Translations under genes and position numbers: made by a program
NCBI GenBank assembly: GCA_029258655.1
Contig: JARHYD010000027.1
Coordinates: forward strand, 5,630-69,629
Direction: 5' to 3'
From: Mailhella sp.
Lineage (GTDB): Bacteria; Desulfobacterota; Desulfovibrionia; Desulfovibrionales; Desulfovibrionaceae
DNA length: 64,000 bases
Shown: positions 39,622 to 49,345 of the stretch, in pieces
Layout of the letters: every line of letters starts with the position of its first letter
How positions within the stretch are numbered: position 1 is the stretch's first letter
The notes under the pieces: model-generated
Databases searched by the model: none
What the model was told of the DNA's origin: nothing
What the model saw: the letters and a program-made list of their open reading frames with translations, nothing else

Positions 39622-42232
39622 TTTGGTTTTTATATTAACATTTATTCTTATTTTTGCAAATAATGCGTATGCCGCAACAAAGGTATTATTACTTCCTTTT
39701 AATATAAATGCACAAGGACAAACAAATTTATCTTCTTCTATTAGAGATCTTTTTACAACAAGTTTTAAAAAGCAAAATTTGTCTGTTATTACAAAAAATT
39801 CAAAGGCAAGCTCAATAGCTAATGCTCGTAGTCTTGGTAGAAGTGCAGGTTCTGATTATGTTCTTTTTGGAACATACAGTCAAATTGGAGAAAGTTTTGT
39901 ATTAGAAATGCATTTTGTTGATGTAAAATCTGCTATGGCACGTCCATTGTCAAAAAGAGGTTCAAACCTATTAAGTCTTTCTTCTGTTATTGATGATTCC
40001 GCACAAATTTTTTCTCGTTCTATAATAACAAAGGGTGGAATCCAAGATATTCAAGTTAAAGGCACTGTTTTAATAGACCCAGAAAGAATTAAAAATGCAA
40101 TGTCCTCACAAATAGGGGATAAAGTTAATGCAGAAAAATTAGATGAAGATTTGCAAAATATTTGGGCATTAGGTTTTTTTGATGATGTAACGACTTACCT
40201 AGAACCAAGTAAAATAGGTGATATTCTTATTGTAAAAGTTGTTGAAAAACCAAGAATCAACGGTATTAGTATTCAAGGGTCTGATGAAGTAGATGAAAAA
40301 GAAATTATTGGGGCAATGAGCTTGCAACAAGGTAATGTTCTCAATGAAAAAATGTTATTAGATGATATTGAGATTGTTAAAGAACTTTACCGTAAAAAAG
40401 GATATTATCTTGTTGATATTAAATATGATATAAAACCATTAGACATGAATAAAGGTGTCAATATTATTTTAAATGTAGATGCTGGCAATAAACTATACAT
40501 TAAGCAAGTAAATATGAATGGTGTTGATGAAGATATGCAAGATCAACTCCGTAAAATAATAAAAATTTCTGAACATAATATTTTTTCATGGTTTACAAAG
40601 CAAGGTATTTTAAAAGAAGAAGATATAGCTGGAGATACGCAACAAATTCAAGCTTATTTAGTTCAAAGTGGTTATTTAGATGCTATTGTTGCAGAGCCAG
40701 AAATTATTTATGAAAAAGATGGTATTATTGTAAATTTTGCAATTTCATCAGGTATTCGTTATAAAATAGGTCAAGTTGGTTTTAGAGGTGATTTATTAAA
40801 ATCAACTGATGATCTTTATGAGTTGATCAAACTTGATAATGTAAAAGAAGATGATGAATATTTTGATTTGAAGGTCATGCAAGATGATATTCAAAAATTA
40901 AAAGATTTATATAATGAATTTGGTTATGCTTTTGCTGAAGTTGGGGTAGATACGCCTTTAAATAAAGCAGAAGGTATTGTTGAAGTGTATTATCTTTTAG
41001 AACCAAAAGAAAGAGTTTATATTAGAAATATTATTCTTGAAGGAAATACTGATACTCGTGATAACGTTATTCTTAGAGAATTGCGTTTAGCTGATGGTCA
41101 ACAATATGATGGTGCTAAAGTTCGCCGTTCCATAGAACGTCTTAAAATGTTAAATTATTTTAAAGATGTGAATGTTGATTTAATACCAACTGGCGAAACT
41201 GGCGAAGTAGATATGAAACTTTCTGTAACTGAAAATGATACAGGTAAAATTGGTCTTGGTATTGGCTATTCTACTTATGATAATATTGGAATTAGTGCTA
41301 ATATTCAAAAAGATAATTTGTGGGGAAAAGGGTATTCCGTTGGACTTATGGGGTATGTTTCAAGTAAGAAAAACTCCATGCGTGGATATTTTGTTAACCC
41401 TCGTATTAACGATACAAATATTGGTTTTAGTGCTAGTGTGTATTCTGAGGATTATGAATGGTCTGATTTTGATAAAAAATCAACAGGTACAGAACTTGGA
41501 TTGTTTTATCCTTTAGGTGAGTATACAAAACTTATTTTAAATTATCGTCTTGAATATTATGAACTAAGCAATGTTGCTCCTAATGCTAGTGAAGCTATTA
41601 AATCTTATGATGGTGAAAACTGGGCAAGTGTTGCAAGTGTTGGTATTGTTCGTGATACAACTAATGATTATCGCCATCCAACAGAAGGTACAAAAGAAAG
41701 TATTTATCTTGATTATGGTGGTGGTATTTTAGGCGGAAGTGATAATTTTATTAAAATTCGTGGCACGTATGGTTTCTATTATGCCCTTTCACAAAATCAT
41801 GTTCTTCATGCTAGAGGAACTGGTATTGGTATTTTCAAAAATGAAAATAAAACAATTCCTGCTTTTGAAAGAATATATATAGGTGGTATGACGACATTAC
41901 GTGGATATGATTATGAAGATGCATCACCTAGGGACAGAAGAACTGGTGAAGTTATTGGTGCTACACGTGCTGCATACGGTTCTTTAGAATATATCTGGAG
42001 AGTTAGCGAAGAATACAGTATTTCTTTAGTTCCATTTTTTGATTATGCTACTATTGTTGACCAAAAACATGATAATCTTTTTGATAAAAATTATTATTCA
42101 AGTGGATTGGAGGTTCGCTGGAATTCACCTTTAGGTGATTTACGCTTTGCTTATGGGGTTCCATTTACAAAAGGTTCTGCTGGACAAGATTTGAATGGAA
42201 GATTTGAATTTACTATGGGTAGAGCTTTTTAG
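39602..42232 (+). CDS. bamA: Outer membrane protein assembly factor BamA
   Basis: It has a signal peptide, POTRA repeats and a C-terminal Omp85 barrel ending FEFTMGRAF. Confidence 0.9.
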   Translation: MNKKFVNLVFILTFILIFANNAYAATKVLLLPFNINAQGQTNLSSSIRDLFTTSFKKQNLSVITKNSKASSIANARSLGRSAGSDYVLFGTYSQIGESFVLEMHFVDVKSAMARPLSKRGSNLLSLSSVIDDSAQIFSRSIITKGGIQDIQVKGTVLIDPERIKNAMSSQIGDKVNAEKLDEDLQNIWALGFFDDVTTYLEPSKIGDILIVKVVEKPRINGISIQGSDEVDEKEIIGAMSLQQGNVLNEKMLLDDIEIVKELYRKKGYYLVDIKYDIKPLDMNKGVNIILNVDAGNKLYIKQVNMNGVDEDMQDQLRKIIKISEHNIFSWFTKQGILKEEDIAGDTQQIQAYLVQSGYLDAIVAEPEIIYEKDGIIVNFAISSGIRYKIGQVGFRGDLLKSTDDLYELIKLDNVKEDDEYFDLKVMQDDIQKLKDLYNEFGYAFAEVGVDTPLNKAEGIVEVYYLLEPKERVYIRNIILEGNTDTRDNVILRELRLADGQQYDGAKVRRSIERLKMLNYFKDVNVDLIPTGETGEVDMKLSVTENDTGKIGLGIGYSTYDNIGISANIQKDNLWGKGYSVGLMGYVSSKKNSMRGYFVNPRINDTNIGFSASVYSEDYEWSDFDKKSTGTELGLFYPLGEYTKLILNYRLEYYELSNVAPNASEAIKSYDGENWASVASVGIVRDTTNDYRHPTEGTKESIYLDYGGGILGGSDNFIKIRGTYGFYYALSQNHVLHARGTGIGIFKNENKTIPAFERIYIGGMTTLRGYDYEDASPRDRRTGEVIGATRAAYGSLEYIWRVSEEYSISLVPFFDYATIVDQKHDNLFDKNYYSSGLEVRWNSPLGDLRFAYGVPFTKGSAGQDLNGRFEFTMGRAF

Positions 42233-42369
42233 TAATTTCAATAGGTTGTAAAAAATATTAAAAAAAAATGGAAAAAATGTAATTTTTTTCTTTACAAGTC
42301 TAAAAAGTTTTTATATACATAATTTCGCGTTGAGGGAATAAAGAAAAACGCAGAAGTTGAAAAAAAAAC

Positions 42370-42398
42370 TTGCAATTATTTCTCTTGTCGCTTAGATT
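42370..42398 (+). promoter_or_regulatory. Candidate sigma-70 promoter for the tRNA-tuf cluster
   Basis: TTGCAA-17 nt-TAGATT ends about 10 nt before the first tRNA. Confidence 0.5.
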
Positions 42399-42408
42399 GT
42401 TCATTCAT

Positions 42409-42484
42409 GCTGGTGTAGCTCAATTGGTAGAGCACCTGACTTGTAATCAGGTGGTTGCGGGTTCAAGTCCCATCGCCAGCTCCA
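42409..42484 (+). tRNA. tRNA-Thr (anticodon UGU)
   Basis: 76-nt cloverleaf with anticodon loop cttgtaa and an encoded CCA end. It sits in the thrU position of the classic thrU-tyrU-glyT-tufB cluster. Confidence 0.9.
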
Positions 42485-42550
42485 TATATTTCTCGCAATG
42501 AGAAAGCCAGAAATGGCAACCGTCTAACGGATACTCGAAAGAGTTAGCGT

Positions 42551-42636
42551 GGTGGGGTTCCCGAGTGGCCAAAGGGAACAGACTGTAAATCTGTCGTCGT
42601 CCGACTTCGTTGGTTCAAATCCAACCCCCACCACCA
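42551..42636 (+). tRNA. tRNA-Tyr (anticodon GUA)
   Basis: 86 nt with a long variable arm, anticodon loop ctgtaaa and an encoded CCA end. Confidence 0.9.
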
Positions 42637-42694
42637 GCATTTGCTGGTATAGCTGTAGGAGACAGTACGCGCTGTCGGGGAACTACTGCATTGA

Positions 42695-42770
42695 GCGGGA
42701 ATAGCTCAACGGCTAGAGCATCAGCCTTCCAAGCTGAGGGTTGCGAGTTCGAATCTCGTTTCCCGCTCCA
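42695..42770 (+). tRNA. tRNA-Gly (anticodon UCC)
   Basis: 76 nt with anticodon loop cttccaa, T-loop gttcgaatc and an encoded CCA end. Confidence 0.9.
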
Positions 42771-42930
42771 CTCCCGATTTCTTATCATGGTCTAATTTCT
42801 CCCACAGTATTACAGAACAATTTTTAACTAAGTGAATTTGTAATAAGCAAATTCTTCTTTTATGATTAACAGCACTTTGCTGCTAGCATAACACATATAG
42901 TAAAAAGTAACCAATTTTAGGAGACTTCTC

Positions 42931-44124
42931 ATGGGTAAGGAAAAATTTACGCGTACAAAACCGCACGTAAACATTGGTACTATCGGTCACATCGACCACG
43001 GTAAAACTACATTGACTGCTGCTATCACCAAAGTTGCAGGACTTAAAGGTAACGGTCAATTTATTGATTATAATAGCATTGACAAAGCTCCAGAAGAAAA
43101 AGAACGTGGTATTACAATCGCTACTTCTCACGTTGAATATGAAACTGAAAAACGTCACTATGCACACGTTGACTGCCCAGGCCACGCTGACTACATCAAA
43201 AACATGATTACTGGTGCTGCTCAAATGGACGCTGCTATTATTGTAGTAGCTGCAACTGACGGTCCAATGCCACAAACAAAAGAACATATCCTTCTTGCTC
43301 GTCAAGTAGGTGTGCCATATCTTATCGTATTTATGAATAAATGCGACCAAGTAGACGATGCTGAACTTCTTGAGCTCGTTGAAATGGAAATGCGTGAACT
43401 TCTTACTGCAAACGGTTTCCCAGGAGATGACGTACCAGTAATTAGAGGTTCTGCTCTTAATGCACTTAATACTGATAGTGCAGATTCTGAAGAAGCAAAA
43501 TGTATTCTTGAACTTCTTCAAGCTTGTGATGATTATATTCCAGATCCACAACGTGAAGTTGATAAACCATTCCTTATGCCTATCGAAGACGTTTTCTCAA
43601 TTTCTGGACGTGGTACTGTTGTAACTGGTCGTGTAGAAAAAGGTGTTATCAAAGTTGGTGACGCAGTTGAAATCGTAGGTATTAAAGATACAATGACTTC
43701 AACTTGCACAGGCGTTGAAATGTTCCGTAAACTTCTTGATCAAGGTGAAGCTGGCGATAACGTTGGTGTTCTTCTTCGTGGTGTAAAACGTGAAGAAGTA
43801 GAACGTGGTCAAGTTCTTGCTGCTCCAAAATCAATTACTCCTCATAAGAAATTTAAAGCAGAAGTTTACGTACTTAGCAAAGAAGAAGGCGGACGTCATA
43901 CTCCATTCTTCTCTGGCTATCGTCCACAATTCTATTTCCGTACTACCGACATCACTGGTTCTATCTCTCTTCAAGAGGGTGTAGAAATGGTAATGCCTGG
44001 TGATAACTCTACTTTCACTGTAGAACTTATCAACCCAATCGCTATGGATCAAGGTCTCCGTTTTGCTATTCGTGAAGGTGGCCGTACCGTAGGTTCTGGT
44101 GTTGTTACTGAAATTTTGGAGTAA
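42931..44124 (+). CDS. tuf: Elongation factor Tu
   Basis: Near-universal EF-Tu sequence ([22 protein letters not shown]). Confidence 0.98.
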   Translation: MGKEKFTRTKPHVNIGTIGHIDHGKTTLTAAITKVAGLKGNGQFIDYNSIDKAPEEKERGITIATSHVEYETEKRHYAHVDCPGHADYIKNMITGAAQMDAAIIVVAATDGPMPQTKEHILLARQVGVPYLIVFMNKCDQVDDAELLELVEMEMRELLTANGFPGDDVPVIRGSALNALNTDSADSEEAKCILELLQACDDYIPDPQREVDKPFLMPIEDVFSISGRGTVVTGRVEKGVIKVGDAVEIVGIKDTMTSTCTGVEMFRKLLDQGEAGDNVGVLLRGVKREEVERGQVLAAPKSITPHKKFKAEVYVLSKEEGGRHTPFFSGYRPQFYFRTTDITGSISLQEGVEMVMPGDNSTFTVELINPIAMDQGLRFAIREGGRTVGSGVVTEILE

Positions 44125-44127
44125 CAA

Positions 44128-44277
44128 ATGCGCGTTAATATCTTACTTGCTTGCACAGAGTGTAAGCGACGTAACTACGCGACGGTAAAAAATAAGAAGA
44201 ATACTACTGGTAGACTTGAAGTGAAAAAATATTGTCCTTGGGATAAAAAACATACACTTCATAGAGAAACTAAGTAG
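44128..44277 (+). CDS. rpmG: 50S ribosomal protein L33
   Basis: Not in the ORF track (49 aa). [49 protein letters not shown] has the L33 Cys pairs. It starts 3 nt after tuf. Confidence 0.85.
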   Translation: MRVNILLACTECKRRNYATVKNKKNTTGRLEVKKYCPWDKKHTLHRETK

Positions 44278-44289
44278 TTTTCATAGAGC

Positions 44290-44365
44290 AGGTCAGTAGC
44301 TCTAACGGTAGAGCGCCGGTCTCCAAAACCGGATGCTGGGGGTTCGAATCCCTCCTGACCTGCCA
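44290..44365 (+). tRNA. tRNA-Trp (anticodon CCA)
   Basis: 76 nt with anticodon loop ctccaaa. It is in the conserved position before secE-nusG. Confidence 0.9.
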
Positions 44366-44391
44366 TTTTTCTTTCATAATTGGGAATAAAT

Positions 44392-44622
44392 ATGAGTAAA
44401 GATAATACAGAAGTAAGTAAAAGTGGTATTTTTAAACGCTTTTCTGATTTAAAAGAGTACTTCTTGCTTTCTCGAGTTGAGCTTCGTAAAGTAAGCTGGC
44501 CAACCATGAAAGAAACACGTACAACAAGTTTAGTTGTATTAGGATTTGTTACCGTCATGGCACTCCTTTTAGGATTAGTGGATTTTATCCTTTCTGGTGC
44601 TATTCGTATGATTTTATCATAA
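44392..44622 (+). CDS. secE: Preprotein translocase subunit SecE
   Basis: ELRKVSWPTMKET followed by a single TM helix. It is in the conserved position. The start is placed at MSKDN. Confidence 0.9.
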   Translation: MSKDNTEVSKSGIFKRFSDLKEYFLLSRVELRKVSWPTMKETRTTSLVVLGFVTVMALLLGLVDFILSGAIRMILS

Positions 44623-44655
44623 GAATAGTTTATTGATCCTTTAATTGGAGTATTT

Positions 44656-45291
44656 ATGGAACAAGAAAATAATACTATTGGCACTGAAGAAGTTCGCCAA
44701 GATAATATAGTTGAAGTTGTTTCTCAATCAGAAACTTCCACGGTCTCTCATGAAAATGAATATCATAACTGGTATATGTTGCATACGTATTCTGGTTTTG
44801 AAATGAGAGTTGAAAAGCAAATCAATGAATTGAAAAGAACAAATCAAGATGAAGGTTTAATTCATCAAGTTCTTCTTCCAACTGAAAAAATCGTTGAAAT
44901 CGGAAAAGACGGACAAAGAAGAACCGTAACCCGTAAGCTTTTTCCCGGCTATATCATGGTACAAATGACCATGACAGATTTTTCATGGCATTTAATTCAA
45001 AGTATTCCTAAAGTAACAGGTTTTGTTGGTGGTAAAAATCGCCCTGCTCCTATGGGTAGTGATGATGTTCGCCGTATTCTTTCTTTAGTTAAAGAAGGAC
45101 AAGATAATCCTGGTCCAAAAGTTAAATTTGAAGTTGGCGATGATGTTCGCGTTTTAGATGGTCCTTTTGGTGGCTTTAATGGAACAGTTGAAGATGTAAA
45201 TCATGATAAAGGTAAACTTCGCGTTTCAGTATCTATTTTTGGAAGACAAACCCCTGTTGAGCTTGATTTTGTACAAGTTGTTAAGGGTTAG
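44656..45291 (+). CDS. nusG: Transcription termination/antitermination factor NusG
   Basis: WYMLHTYSGFE for the NGN domain and a C-terminal KOW domain (GDDVRVLDGPFGGFNGTV). Confidence 0.95.
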   Translation: MEQENNTIGTEEVRQDNIVEVVSQSETSTVSHENEYHNWYMLHTYSGFEMRVEKQINELKRTNQDEGLIHQVLLPTEKIVEIGKDGQRRTVTRKLFPGYIMVQMTMTDFSWHLIQSIPKVTGFVGGKNRPAPMGSDDVRRILSLVKEGQDNPGPKVKFEVGDDVRVLDGPFGGFNGTVEDVNHDKGKLRVSVSIFGRQTPVELDFVQVVKG

Positions 45292-45337
45292 TCTTTGTAT
45301 ATAAGTCTAATATTCGGGCTAAATAAAGGAAAACATC

Positions 45338-45763
45338 ATGGCCAAGAAAGAAGTAGGCAAGATCAAATTGCAAATTCCTGCTGGAGCAGCTAATCCATCT
45401 CCTCCTGTAGGTCCTGCTTTGGGTCAACACGGTGTTAATATTATGGGCTTTTGTAAAGAATTCAATGCAAGAACCCAAGATCAAAAAGGAATGATTATTC
45501 CTGTAATTATCACTGTTTATGCTGACCGTTCCTTTACTTTCATTACAAAAACTCCACCTGCACCAGTTTTGCTTTTGAAAGCTGCTAAGGTTGAAAAAGG
45601 TTCTGGAGAACCAAACCGTAAGAAAGTAGGTTCAATTACCAAAGCACAAGTTGAAGAAATTGCAAAAGTAAAAATGCCTGACCTCAACTGCAAAGACCTT
45701 GAAGGGGCTGTACGTAATATTGAAGGTACTGCTCGTTCTATGGGACTTGAAATTAAGGGATAA
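45338..45763 (+). CDS. rplK: 50S ribosomal protein L11
   Basis: [27 protein letters not shown]. Confidence 0.95.
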   Translation: MAKKEVGKIKLQIPAGAANPSPPVGPALGQHGVNIMGFCKEFNARTQDQKGMIIPVIITVYADRSFTFITKTPPAPVLLLKAAKVEKGSGEPNRKKVGSITKAQVEEIAKVKMPDLNCKDLEGAVRNIEGTARSMGLEIKG

Positions 45764-45881
45764 TTCGGGCAGTTTTCCAATCGATTGGACGTGAATTTCG
45801 CGTGTTTTATCGTTGGATTCGGCTGTACTACCTCTTTGGGGTAGGAGATTCAAGACGAATAGAGCAAAAAAGGGAATAACT

Positions 45882-46589
45882 ATGCCCACGCATGGAAAAA
45901 AATATCGTAAATCAGTTGAAGGTGTAGATTTAGCTACTCTTTACACTGTTGAAGAAGCTGTACAAAAATCACTTGCTGCTTCTTATGCAAAATTTGATGA
46001 AACAGTTGATGTAGCACTTAATTTAGGTGTTGATCCAAAATATTCTGACCAAATGGTTCGCGGTGCTGTTTCTCTTCCACACGGTTTAGGTAAGACCGTA
46101 CGTGTTGCAGTATTCTGTAAAGGTGACAAACAAGCTGAAGCAAAAGCTGCTGGTGCTGATATTGTAGGTGCAGAAGATTTAGTTGATAGCATCAAAGCAG
46201 GTAATCTTGATTTTGATGCTGCGGTAGCTACACCTGATGTTATGGCTTTAGTAGGTCAAGTTGGTCGTCAATTAGGACCACGTGGTCTTATGCCAAATGC
46301 TAAAACTGGTACTGTAACTTTTGATGTTGCAAAAGCTGTTGAAGAATTAAAAGCTGGTAAAGTTGATTTTAAAGTTGACAAAGCTGGAGTTCTTCATGCT
46401 CCATTAGGAAAAGTTTCTTTTGGTGCAGAAAAAATTCAAGATAACTTAAAAGCTCTCTTGGATGCAGTGAATCGTTTAAAACCAAGTGCTGCAAAAGGTA
46501 CTTATATGACTAAAATGGCTGTTTCAACAACTATGGGTCCTGGTTTTAAAGTAGATCCACTTCTTATAAGAAAGTTCATGGAAAATTAA
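45882..46589 (+). CDS. rplA: 50S ribosomal protein L1
   Basis: The start is placed at [10 protein letters not shown] (aaggga upstream). The listed ORF start at 45813 adds a non-L1 leader. The rest of the sequence is typical L1. Confidence 0.9.
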   Translation: MPTHGKKYRKSVEGVDLATLYTVEEAVQKSLAASYAKFDETVDVALNLGVDPKYSDQMVRGAVSLPHGLGKTVRVAVFCKGDKQAEAKAAGADIVGAEDLVDSIKAGNLDFDAAVATPDVMALVGQVGRQLGPRGLMPNAKTGTVTFDVAKAVEELKAGKVDFKVDKAGVLHAPLGKVSFGAEKIQDNLKALLDAVNRLKPSAAKGTYMTKMAVSTTMGPGFKVDPLLIRKFMEN

Positions 46590-46593
46590 AATT

Positions 46594-46630
46594 GTATAGC
46601 CCGAATAGGGCTATACTTATTTTTAATTTT
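46594..46630 (+). terminator. Hairpin plus T-run after rplA
   Basis: gtatagccc-gaat-a-gggctatac followed by ttatttttaattttt. Confidence 0.65.
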
Positions 46631-46752
46631 TAGTGATATATGGCTAAGGACGAAATTTTCGAGTCGAAGACAGTAGGTTATTAAATCCTACCTAGACAAA
46701 TTCTTTGGCTCGGCAATTCTTCATTACAAACCCTAACGTGAAGGAGTTTCAC
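46631..46752 (+). promoter_or_regulatory. rplJ 5' leader (possible L10/L12 autoregulatory leader)
   Basis: This ~120-nt untranslated region has higher GC than its flanks and local hairpins (gtaggttattaaatcctac). Its position corresponds to known L10 leaders. No covariance model was run. Confidence 0.35.
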
Positions 46753-47271
46753 GTGAATAAGTCAGAAAAAGCTGCGATTATAGAACAAGTTCGCTCAAGA
46801 GCGTCTGAAGCATCTATTGTTGTAGTTACTGATTTCAAGGGAATGAGTGTAGAAGAGCTGACCGCGCTTAGAGTAAAAATCCGTCAAGCTGGCGGTGAAT
46901 ACTATGTAGTAAAAAATACTCTAGCACGTATTGCTTTATCTGAAACCACTCATGCAGATATTTCTGGTAATTTTAAAGAAAACTGCGCTATTGCTCTTGG
47001 ATTTAGTGACCCAGTGGCTGTTGCTAAAGCGGTAAGTGACTTTGCAAAAGATAGCAAGCTCCTTAATGTTCGTTTTGGTAGCTTAGAAGGTAAAGCATTA
47101 ACTGATAAAGATGTAGATGCACTTGCTAAGATGCCAAGCAAAGAACAATTGCTTGCTCAAGCACTTGGAACCATGAACCAAGTACCAACAGGTTTGGTAT
47201 CTCTTATGGCAAATATGGTTCGTCCACTTCTTTATGCGCTTAAAGATCTTGAATCTAAAAAAGCAGCATAG
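46753..47271 (+). CDS. rplJ: 50S ribosomal protein L10
   Basis: A GTG start is preceded by aaggag at 7 nt. The sequence is typical L10 (EKAAIIEQV..., [17 protein letters not shown]). Confidence 0.9.
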   Translation: MNKSEKAAIIEQVRSRASEASIVVVTDFKGMSVEELTALRVKIRQAGGEYYVVKNTLARIALSETTHADISGNFKENCAIALGFSDPVAVAKAVSDFAKDSKLLNVRFGSLEGKALTDKDVDALAKMPSKEQLLAQALGTMNQVPTGLVSLMANMVRPLLYALKDLESKKAA

Positions 47272-47322
47272 TTTCCGCATTTATTGCCAAAGTTTTAATA
47301 AAAAATTTCAAGGAGAAATTCC

Positions 47323-47709
47323 ATGTCCGTAACTAAAGAACAAGTTGTTGAATTTATTGCTAATATGACTGTACTTGAACTTTCTGAGTTCATTAAAGAA
47401 TTAGAAGAAAAATTTGGTGTTTCTGCTGCTGCTCCAGCTGCTGCTATGGTAATGGCACCAGCTGCTGGTGGTGATGCTGCTCCAGCTGCAGAAGAAAAAA
47501 CTGAATTTGATATTATCTTAAAAGATTCTGGTGCTAACAAAATTGGTGTTATCAAAGTTGTTCGTGCTCTTACAGGTCTTGGACTTAAAGAAGCTAAAGA
47601 TAAAGTTGACGGAACTCCAGCTACCCTTAAAGAAGGTGTATCTAAAGAAGAAGCTGAAGAAGCTAAAAAACAACTCACCGAAGCTGGTGCAACTGTTGAA
47701 ATTAAATAA
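47323..47709 (+). CDS. rplL: 50S ribosomal protein L7/L12
   Basis: It has an Ala/Pro hinge and a C-terminal [21 protein letters not shown]. Confidence 0.95.
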   Translation: MSVTKEQVVEFIANMTVLELSEFIKELEEKFGVSAAAPAAAMVMAPAAGGDAAPAAEEKTEFDIILKDSGANKIGVIKVVRALTGLGLKEAKDKVDGTPATLKEGVSKEEAEEAKKQLTEAGATVEIK

Positions 47710-47737
47710 GTTTGTTTCAAGTCAGTTTGAAATATGT

Positions 47738-47764
47738 AAGACCCCTTTTTGGGGTCTTTTTTTA
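47738..47764 (+). terminator. Rho-independent terminator after rplL
   Basis: aagacccc-ttttt-ggggtctt followed by a T-run. Confidence 0.8.
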
Positions 47765-47827
47765 TAATGTTATTGTAAGGAATTAATTTAGAAATATACT
47801 TTATTTAATAGTTTTACCTATAAAAAA

Positions 47828-48976
47828 TCAAATTGCAGCGTGCAATAATAAATTATCCCTATGGATTACTTCTGGATAATGGGCATTGCCTAAAATTGCA
47901 GCAACTTCTAAGCGGCTAAGCCCTTTTATTTTTTTTAATTCAACAGAATTATAATTTGATAAGCCAACAGCAATTTTTTTATTTTGATAAGTAATTGCTA
48001 CTAAAGCTCCTACACCAAAATTTCCCTCTACTTGCATTATGCCACCAGGTAAAAGACTTTTTCCTTTTTCATTTAAAGCAATAAAAGCTCCTTCATCTAT
48101 ATTAATACTACCTTGCACCTCAGAACGATACGCTAGCCAATACTTACGCCGTGAAACAGGTTCTTTTGTAGGACAAATCCATGTACCTATCGTTTCCCCT
48201 TTTATTACTCGTAAAATAATATCTTTTTCTTTACCTGGAATAATAAGTGTTGGCACGCCAAGTTGTGCTGTTCGTCTTGCGGAAAGTAATTTAGAATACA
48301 TTCCACCAGTTCCAACACTCGTTTTTCCTCCACAAAGTTCATCAAGATTAAGATTTTGTATATCTTCTATAAATTCCATAATTGGAATTTGTTCATTGGA
48401 ATATATAAGTGGATTTTTGGCTAATACGCCTTGTGTTGATGTTAAATTAATAGAAATATCAGCTTCAACAATATTACATAAAAGGCTTGCTAAGGCATCA
48501 TTATCACCAAATTTTAATTCATGGATAACAACACTATCATTTTCATTAACAATAGGAACAACATTCCATTGTAATAATTGCTGAAAAGTATTTTTTGCAT
48601 TTAAAAAACGTTCTCGACTTCTTAAATCATCTCGTGTCAATAATATTTGAGCACACAATATACCATGCTGTTGAAATAATTCTTCATAATCTCGCATAAG
48701 TCGACCTTGACCTATGGCAGCAGCACCTTGTTTTCCAGCTAATCCTTCTATTTTAAATTCTTTTCCTAAAACTTTTTTCCCAGCAGCAACAGCTCCAGAA
48801 CTCACTAAACATACTTTTTTTCCTTGCTTATGTAACACCGCAATTTGTTTAACAAGATTTTCTAAAACAGAAAAAGATAAGCCATTATCATCAGTTAATA
48901 CAGCAGAACCAACTTTTATAATAATACGTTTTGCTGTTTTTAAAATTTCTTGTTTTTGTTCTTTTAATTTAATCAT
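47828..48976 (-). CDS. proB: Glutamate 5-kinase with PUA domain
   Basis: It has an AA-kinase fold (IIIKVGSAVLT) and a C-terminal PUA domain. The start is uncertain: ATG at 48976 or TTG at 48988. Confidence 0.9.
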   Translation of the reverse strand: MIKLKEQKQEILKTAKRIIIKVGSAVLTDDNGLSFSVLENLVKQIAVLHKQGKKVCLVSSGAVAAGKKVLGKEFKIEGLAGKQGAAAIGQGRLMRDYEELFQQHGILCAQILLTRDDLRSRERFLNAKNTFQQLLQWNVVPIVNENDSVVIHELKFGDNDALASLLCNIVEADISINLTSTQGVLAKNPLIYSNEQIPIMEFIEDIQNLNLDELCGGKTSVGTGGMYSKLLSARRTAQLGVPTLIIPGKEKDIILRVIKGETIGTWICPTKEPVSRRKYWLAYRSEVQGSINIDEGAFIALNEKGKSLLPGGIMQVEGNFGVGALVAITYQNKKIAVGLSNYNSVELKKIKGLSRLEVAAILGNAHYPEVIHRDNLLLHAAI

Positions 48977-49345
48977 AAAATTCAACAATGGGAAAAATGT
49001 TAATAAAGTTTCTGTAAATTTTTATAAAAAGAATTTCCATATAAAAATATATGTAAAACAAATAGGTAAAACAATAAATAAAATATTACCACAAAATAAA
49101 TAATTATACATAACAATACATTAATAAAAAATATTTTTATTAAATTTATTACAAGCTGATTATAGAAAAATTGTAATAAATTTACTATAATTTTCTGATT
49201 GTTAATATTAGCTTTATATAGTTATTCATTGCATAACATATTTATTTTATATAAATTAATTAGTTAAAATTTTCTCCTTTATATTTTTTGTATAAGTAAA
49301 TATTAGAATAACCAATAAATAAAAAATATAAACAATATTATCCTA

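Noticed and set aside
42771-42930. An expected fourth tRNA (thrT, GGU) between tRNA-Gly and tuf, as in the E. coli thrU-tyrU-glyT-thrT-tufB cluster.
   Set aside because: No cloverleaf or T-loop (GTTCGA/GTTCAA) is present in this 160-nt AT-rich spacer.
42883-43551. 222-aa ORF antisense to tuf. Other long antisense ORFs lie at 47295-47720 (rplL), 48039-48584 and 48714-49103 (proB), 60349-60822 (ABC ATPase), 34587-35312 (guaB), 2535-3545 (aldehyde dehydrogenase), 25051-25833 (YeiH-like) and 58795-59019 (lepA).
   Set aside because: These are mirror-frame ORFs opposite highly conserved genes. Their composition (Ser/Cys/Phe/Thr-rich or Ala/Pro/Ser-rich) is typical of antisense translation.
49135-49190. 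14-bp inverted repeat TAAATTTATTACAA...TTGTAATAAATTTA in the obg-proB spacer, considered as another copy of the long repeat hairpin.
   Set aside because: Only the AAATTTATT core is shared. In ~15-20% GC sequence this can arise by chance. It may simply be a weak terminator for obg.
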